Shown: positions 34,254 through 38,889 of the stretch, in pieces
Numbering within the stretch: the stretch's first letter is position 1
Layout of the letters: every line of letters begins with the position of its first letter
Source: a virus
Taxonomy: Duplodnaviria > Caudoviricetes
DNA: 38,889 nt
IMG/VR virus record: IMGVR_UViG_3300046739_000165
Location: 1 to 38,889 of that record
Direction: 5' to 3' (one strand)
Made by a program: the position numbers and the translations under genes
Notes under the pieces: generated by a model
The model's input: the letters and a program-made list of their open reading frames with translations, nothing else
What the model was told of the DNA's origin: nothing
Database searches by the model: none

Positions 34254-35623
34254 ACGCTGATGGCTCGCTCAACATCGATCTGCCGTACCGCTGGGCACCC
34301 CGGGACTATCAGCTTGGCGTTTGGGGAGCGCTAGAACGCGGCACACGCCGCGTATGCGCGATCTGGCACCGTCGCGCAGGCAAAGACGAATTCGCGCTGC
34401 GCTGGACTTCCTGCGCAGGCCATGAGCGAGTAGGGAATTACTGGCATATGCTGCCGAAGGCGAGCCAAGCGCGCAAAGCGATCTGGACCGCCGTTAATCC
34501 GCACACCGGCATCCGCCGCATTGACGAAGCATTCCCCCTGCCGCTGCGCGCGACGACGAACGAGCAGGAAATGTTCATCCGGTTTACGAACGGATCAACG
34601 TGGCAAGTTGTCGGCAGCGATAATTTCAATTCGCTGCTCGGGTCGCCCCCTGTTGGCGTAGTGTTCTCCGAATTTTCCCTAGCCGATCCGCAGTCGTGGA
34701 GTTTGTTGCGTCCGATTCTTGTGGAAAACGATGGTTGGGCGTTGTTCATAACGACGCCGCGCGGGCGCAATCATGCGTACAAGATGTACGACGGGGCGAA
34801 GTCCGATCCGAATTGGTTTTGCGAACTTCTGACGGTTGCGGACACGGGTGCGATTCCTCTCGATCGGATCGAGCAGGAACGGAAGGAAATGACGCGCGAA
34901 ATGGGCGCGGACGAAGCGAATGCGATCATCGAGCAGGAATATTTTTGTTCGTTTGATGCGTCGTTTCCGGGGGCGTATTTCGGTTCCTTGATGACGCAGG
35001 CGATAGGGGAAGGTCGGATCATGGAGTTGCCTTACGATCCGCGTGGGGGCGCTGTTACGGGCTGGGACATTGGCTATCATGACTCGACGGCGATTGCGAT
35101 TGCGCAGGAGGTCGGGCCGTGGGTGCATTTCATCGATTACATTGAACACTCGGGGAAGGGTGCGGACTTTTTTGCCAAGACGCTGCGCGAGAAACCGTAT
35201 GCGTATGACGAACACTTGTTGCCGCATGATGTAGCGGTGCATGAATGGGGGGCGAACGGAACGAGTCGGAAGCAGGCGTTGCTGGATTTGCAAGTGCGGC
35301 CCCTGCGCGTCATGCCGCGAACGAGCATCATGGATCGCGTCAATGCGTCCCGGATGATGATTTCGCGATCGCGTTTCGATAAGGTCAAGTGCGCACGGCT
35401 GGTCGAATGTTTGCAGCAGTATCACAAGGAATGGGACGACAAGAAAATGATGTGGGGGGACAACCCGGAGCATGATTGGACTTCGCACGGTGCGGATGCG
35501 TTTGGGACGCTGGCGCAGGGTTTCCGGGGCTCGCAGAATCCGAGAATGCGTCCGAAGGTGGAGAAAAAAGCGCCGATGGCGCGCGAGTGGGCGGGGCGCA
35601 GCGTGAATGCGTGGATGGTTTAG
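34250..35623 (+). CDS. terL: Terminase large subunit
   Basis: PRDYQ adenine motif, WHRRAGKD Walker A, VVFSEF Walker B, ITTPRG, GWDIG..DST nuclease motif, PEHDWTSHGADAF. Confidence 0.95.
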   Translation: MNADGSLNIDLPYRWAPRDYQLGVWGALERGTRRVCAIWHRRAGKDEFALRWTSCAGHERVGNYWHMLPKASQARKAIWTAVNPHTGIRRIDEAFPLPLRATTNEQEMFIRFTNGSTWQVVGSDNFNSLLGSPPVGVVFSEFSLADPQSWSLLRPILVENDGWALFITTPRGRNHAYKMYDGAKSDPNWFCELLTVADTGAIPLDRIEQERKEMTREMGADEANAIIEQEYFCSFDASFPGAYFGSLMTQAIGEGRIMELPYDPRGGAVTGWDIGYHDSTAIAIAQEVGPWVHFIDYIEHSGKGADFFAKTLREKPYAYDEHLLPHDVAVHEWGANGTSRKQALLDLQVRPLRVMPRTSIMDRVNASRMMISRSRFDKVKCARLVECLQQYHKEWDDKKMMWGDNPEHDWTSHGADAFGTLAQGFRGSQNPRMRPKVEKKAPMAREWAGRSVNAWMV

Positions 35624-35643
35624 AAAAAAACATCATCAGGAGA

Positions 35644-36162
35644 ATGAAAATGCTTGATCCGAAAGTGCCGTTGGCGACGTATGTGGGGAGCCCGAAAATC
35701 CGTGTTGTGACGCCTGACGGCAAGCGCGTCATTGCGTGGGGAAATATCCTGCCGGCGACGGCGGACGGGGCGAAGCGGCAGGAGGCGGCGGTGTGCGCGT
35801 CGTTCGTGAAGATGAAGTTGCAGATTGCCGACTTCATGACGGTGCAGGAATTCAATCGCGTCATGGGCGGGAACGGACCGCCGCGCTACAACTTTCACAC
35901 CGGGTATTACTACGATTACGGTGCGTATCCGGACGGGCATCCTTCCGGAATTCTGATCTGCACGGATGATCGGGTGCTGGTCGCGAAGTCGCGCCCGCCG
36001 CGTCCGACCAAGCAGGACGACAAGGCCGATCTGAAAGCGGCGGAAGATGCCGAAGGCGACGCCAGCGAGTACGGCATGGATGATGAATCCGCGCACAAGG
36101 CGCTTCCGGAGCCGAAGGCCGGGGCCGCCGGGGCCAAGGACGTTGGCGGGACGGAAAGCTAG
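35644..36162 (+). CDS. Hypothetical protein (172 aa)
   Basis: AGGAGA RBS, ATG at 35644, acidic C-tail. Confidence 0.7.
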   Translation: MKMLDPKVPLATYVGSPKIRVVTPDGKRVIAWGNILPATADGAKRQEAAVCASFVKMKLQIADFMTVQEFNRVMGGNGPPRYNFHTGYYYDYGAYPDGHPSGILICTDDRVLVAKSRPPRPTKQDDKADLKAAEDAEGDASEYGMDDESAHKALPEPKAGAAGAKDVGGTES

Positions 36163-36164
36163 GC

Positions 36165-36341
36165 GTGCCGCTCACCAAGGGCAAGTCCCCGGCAGCATTC
36201 CAGCAGAACGTGAAGGCTGAGATTGCTGCCGGCAAGCCGCCGAAGCAGGCTGTCGCGATCGCCTATTCGGTCAAGCGCAAGGCAGGCGGGGCCGATCCGC
36301 CGAAAATGAAGCGACCGCAGCGCGATCCCTACGACAAATAG
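36165..36341 (+). CDS. Small basic phage protein (KQAVAIA family, 58 aa)
   Basis: MPLTKGKSPAAFQQNVKAEIAAGKPPKQAVAIAYSVKRKAG, a motif common next to podovirus terminase/portal genes. Below the ORF-track cut-off. Confidence 0.8.
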   Translation: MPLTKGKSPAAFQQNVKAEIAAGKPPKQAVAIAYSVKRKAGGADPPKMKRPQRDPYDK

Positions 36342-36371
36342 GGCTCGCGCATGGTCGTGGAGGGCGATGCG

Positions 36372-36542
36372 ATGACACTAGGACTTGGCTTTTGGATTCT
36401 GATGCTTTTCTGGCTGGTATTCGGTTTCTGGCAATACCGGGCGACGCCGACGAACTATCCGCTGGTCGGCGGGAACGTGCTGCTGTTCGTCCTGCTGCTG
36501 CTGTTGGGCTGGCACGAATTCGGCGCACCGATTCACGGTTAG
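36372..36542 (+). CDS. Small two-TM membrane protein (possible holin)
   Basis: GGAGGG RBS. MTLGLGFWILMLFWLVFGFW...GGNVLLFVLLLLLGWHEFG. Confidence 0.7.
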   Translation: MTLGLGFWILMLFWLVFGFWQYRATPTNYPLVGGNVLLFVLLLLLGWHEFGAPIHG

Positions 36543-36557
36543 GGTTGACGTACCGGC

Positions 36558-38889
36558 ATGGGAAACGGGCCGACTCCGCCGCTGCTGAATTTTCCAGCGG
36601 TCCCCGGAACGCCGTTGAATGGCGGCGGCGGGGCGGCACCCGGCCTGCCGGTCGATACCGGACCGCCGCTCGATCCGGACGCGCGGCCCGCCCCGGAAGG
36701 GCTCGTCAATCCGTCGCTTGAGCCCGATGACGACGGCTACGATCCGCGCGAGGATGCCGACGTTGTAGTGCGTGCCAAGGAACGATTCGATTACGTCTGC
36801 TCGGTCGATTCCGAGAATCGGCGCAATCAGGCCGACGACATGAAATTCGCGTGGGAGCGCGGCGCGCAATGGCCGGAAGAAAACCGGCGTGCCCGCGAGA
36901 CGGCGAACCCGAAAAGGCCGTGGCTGGAATTCAATCAGACCGGGCCGTACATCAAGCGGATCACGAATGAGCAGCGGCAGAACACGCCGGGGCTCACCGC
37001 AAGGCCCGTCGGCAGCGGCGCATCGAAGGAAGTCGCGCGCATCTACTCGGGCCTGATCCGCAACATCGAGTATTGCAGCAATTCCGCGTCGATTTACGAC
37101 AACGCGATCGAGCAGGCCGCGACGGGCGGGGCCGGCTACTTCCGGATCGTGACCAAGTACGAAAAGGAAGATTCGTTCAATCAGTGCATCGAAATGCGCC
37201 CGATTCCGAACGCGCTCGCGGCGATGATCGATCCGGATGCGCAGTTGCCCGACAAATCGGACGCCAAGTACGGGTTCATTTGCGATTGGATCGACAAGAC
37301 GACGTATGAAAAGGAATGGCCCGAAGATGCGCGCAATCCGTCGTCGTGGGAAGCGCAACCGGACTCGATCGACGCGCGATGGTACAACGGCGATCTGATT
37401 TGCGTTGCCGATTACTTTGAAGTGATCGACGAAGATGCGGAATTGGTGCAGTTGTCCGACGGCAGAACGATGTGGAAGGATGCTTTTGACGCGGAGCAGA
37501 AAGCATTTGACGAACAGCAAGCGCTGATGCTGGCGCAGGCTCCCCCGGGGATTCCGATGGGGATGCCGCCGATGCCGCCGACGGTCGTGCGCAGCGACAA
37601 GCGCACGCGCCCGCGCGTCGATTGGTACAAGCTGTCGGCGAACGATTTTCCGCTCGCGAAGTATCAATGGGCCGGCAAGTACGTCCCGATCGTCATGGTC
37701 CCGGGCGACGAAATTGATATCGACGGCAAGAAAATCCGGCAGGGCGTGATCCGGCGACTGCGCGACGCGCAGATGATGTACAACTACTGGTTCACGCTCG
37801 CCACGGAGCGCATCGCGCTCGCGCCGAAGGCACCGTATGTCGCCCTATCCGGCGCGTTTGAAGGCCATAGCGAATGGGACTCGCTCAATACCGACAATCA
37901 TCCGTACCTTGAATACGAAGCCGTTGAATTGCCCGACGGCACGTTCGTCGCGACCGCACCGGCCCGCACGGAGCCGATCGCGCTCGATCAAGGGCTGGTG
38001 ACGATGTTGCAGCTTTGCTCGCAGAACTTGCGCGACATTACGGGACAAAAGGATGCGGCGCAGCCGAATCCGAATGTGCCGTGGCGCGCGATTCTGGCGG
38101 AGCAGCGCAAGGGCGACCTTGCGACGTTCCACTACGGCGACAACCTTGCCCGCTCGATCCAGTTGGCCGGCAAGATGATCGTTGACCTGATCCCGAAAAT
38201 CTACGATACGCAGCGTGCGCTGCGCATCATTGACGAAGATGGGACCGACAAGCAGGTTCCCGTCAACGTGCGGACCGCGCCCGGCGCGCCGCCGCAAAAC
38301 GATATGACGACGGGCGATTACGACGTTGTTGTGACCGTCGGGCCGGCCTATGCGACGCGGCGCGTCGAAGCGGCGAACGAAATGCAGCAATTCCTTGAAG
38401 CGATGGGACCGGACAAGGCCGCGCTGATCGGCGATCTGTTCGCCGAAATGACGGATTGGCCGAACGGTATCGGCGACAAGATCGCCAACCGCTTGAAGGC
38501 GATGCTGCCGCCGCAGGTTCAGCAGATGGAGGCATCGAGCCAAGACCCCGCCGTGGCATCGCTGCAAACCGCGATGCAGACGCAGCAGCAGCAGTTTCAG
38601 GGACAGATGCAGCAAGTCATGCAACACGTTCAGCAGTTGACGCAGCAGAACGAAAAGCTGCAATCGGAGATTTACACGGAGCGCGTCAACACGGCGAAAG
38701 CGCAGTTGCAGTCGATGCAGAAGGTCGCAGCGGCGGATCGCTCCCTGCAAGTGCAGCAGTTGGAGACGCAGGACGAAATGATGCACATGGCGATGGACAA
38801 GCAGGAGTTGACCGCCAACATCAAGAATCAGAACGTCGAAGCCGTGATCGACTTTCTGGCGAAGGTCGTCGTGCCGCTGATCGTCGCGC
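36558..38889 (+). CDS. Portal protein, P22 gp1-like (partial, runs off the window)
   Basis: Open from ATG 36558 to the end. DDMKF...G.QW, RP.L.FN...I..ITNEQRQN, GLIRNIE, GG.GYFRI, IDPDA...DKSDA.Y.F, G.IR.LRDAQ...NY, GDYDVVV.VGP.Y.T.R motifs. Confidence 0.93.
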   Translation, partial: MGNGPTPPLLNFPAVPGTPLNGGGGAAPGLPVDTGPPLDPDARPAPEGLVNPSLEPDDDGYDPREDADVVVRAKERFDYVCSVDSENRRNQADDMKFAWERGAQWPEENRRARETANPKRPWLEFNQTGPYIKRITNEQRQNTPGLTARPVGSGASKEVARIYSGLIRNIEYCSNSASIYDNAIEQAATGGAGYFRIVTKYEKEDSFNQCIEMRPIPNALAAMIDPDAQLPDKSDAKYGFICDWIDKTTYEKEWPEDARNPSSWEAQPDSIDARWYNGDLICVADYFEVIDEDAELVQLSDGRTMWKDAFDAEQKAFDEQQALMLAQAPPGIPMGMPPMPPTVVRSDKRTRPRVDWYKLSANDFPLAKYQWAGKYVPIVMVPGDEIDIDGKKIRQGVIRRLRDAQMMYNYWFTLATERIALAPKAPYVALSGAFEGHSEWDSLNTDNHPYLEYEAVELPDGTFVATAPARTEPIALDQGLVTMLQLCSQNLRDITGQKDAAQPNPNVPWRAILAEQRKGDLATFHYGDNLARSIQLAGKMIVDLIPKIYDTQRALRIIDEDGTDKQVPVNVRTAPGAPPQNDMTTGDYDVVVTVGPAYATRRVEAANEMQQFLEAMGPDKAALIGDLFAEMTDWPNGIGDKIANRLKAMLPPQVQQMEASSQDPAVASLQTAMQTQQQQFQGQMQQVMQHVQQLTQQNEKLQSEIYTERVNTAKAQLQSMQKVAAADRSLQVQQLETQDEMMHMAMDKQELTANIKNQNVEAVIDFLAKVVVPLIVA

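Larger units (their letters stand above)
1..38889. mobile_element. P22-like (podovirus-type) bacteriophage genome, near-complete, permuted within the head module
   Basis: TerS-TerL-portal lie at the right end, and scaffold-coat-gp4-gp10-ejection proteins-tail spike at the left. A divergent early arm carries Bet/Exo. No host housekeeping genes were seen. Confidence 0.95.

Noticed and set aside
36378-37667. 429-aa and 313-aa (37845..38786) minus-strand ORFs
   Set aside because: They are antisense shadows of the portal gene, which is missing from the ORF track only because it has no stop codon in the window.

Overview
This window is most of a GC-rich, P22-like (podovirus-type) phage genome that begins and ends inside the head module. 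It is probably a circularly permuted, near-complete genome whose portal gene runs off the right end. The + strand (32026-38889, continuing 1-18187) carries a Cro-like gene, a Vsr/DUF559-like nuclease, an iteron-bearing origin with replication initiator, TerS, TerL, portal, scaffold, P22-type coat, gp4- and gp10-like tail parts, two receptor-binding proteins and about five ejection-type proteins. The - strand (31869-18072) is an early/accessory arm with a Bet and exonuclease VIII-like recombination pair and many small genes. Unusual cargo: (i) a single-domain GroES plus a tandem double-domain (Cpn20-like) GroES inside the head/tail operon; (ii) two tandem PEP-CTERM surface proteins; (iii) an early module of a 264-aa protein, a His-tailed protein, a HupE/UreJ nickel permease and a Ycf46-like AAA ATPase; (iv) a Tpt1/KptA-like ADP-ribosyltransferase. 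The regulatory layout is readable: a TACG-N6-CGTA operator in or overlapping the spacer of four sigma70-like promoters, a parS-like site beside the iterons, and a repeated TGGAGACGCC ribosome-binding leader with an antisense copy in an intergenic stem-loop. No integrase, CI repressor, endolysin, tRNA or CRISPR was recognised. All family calls come from motif recognition by eye, not database searches.
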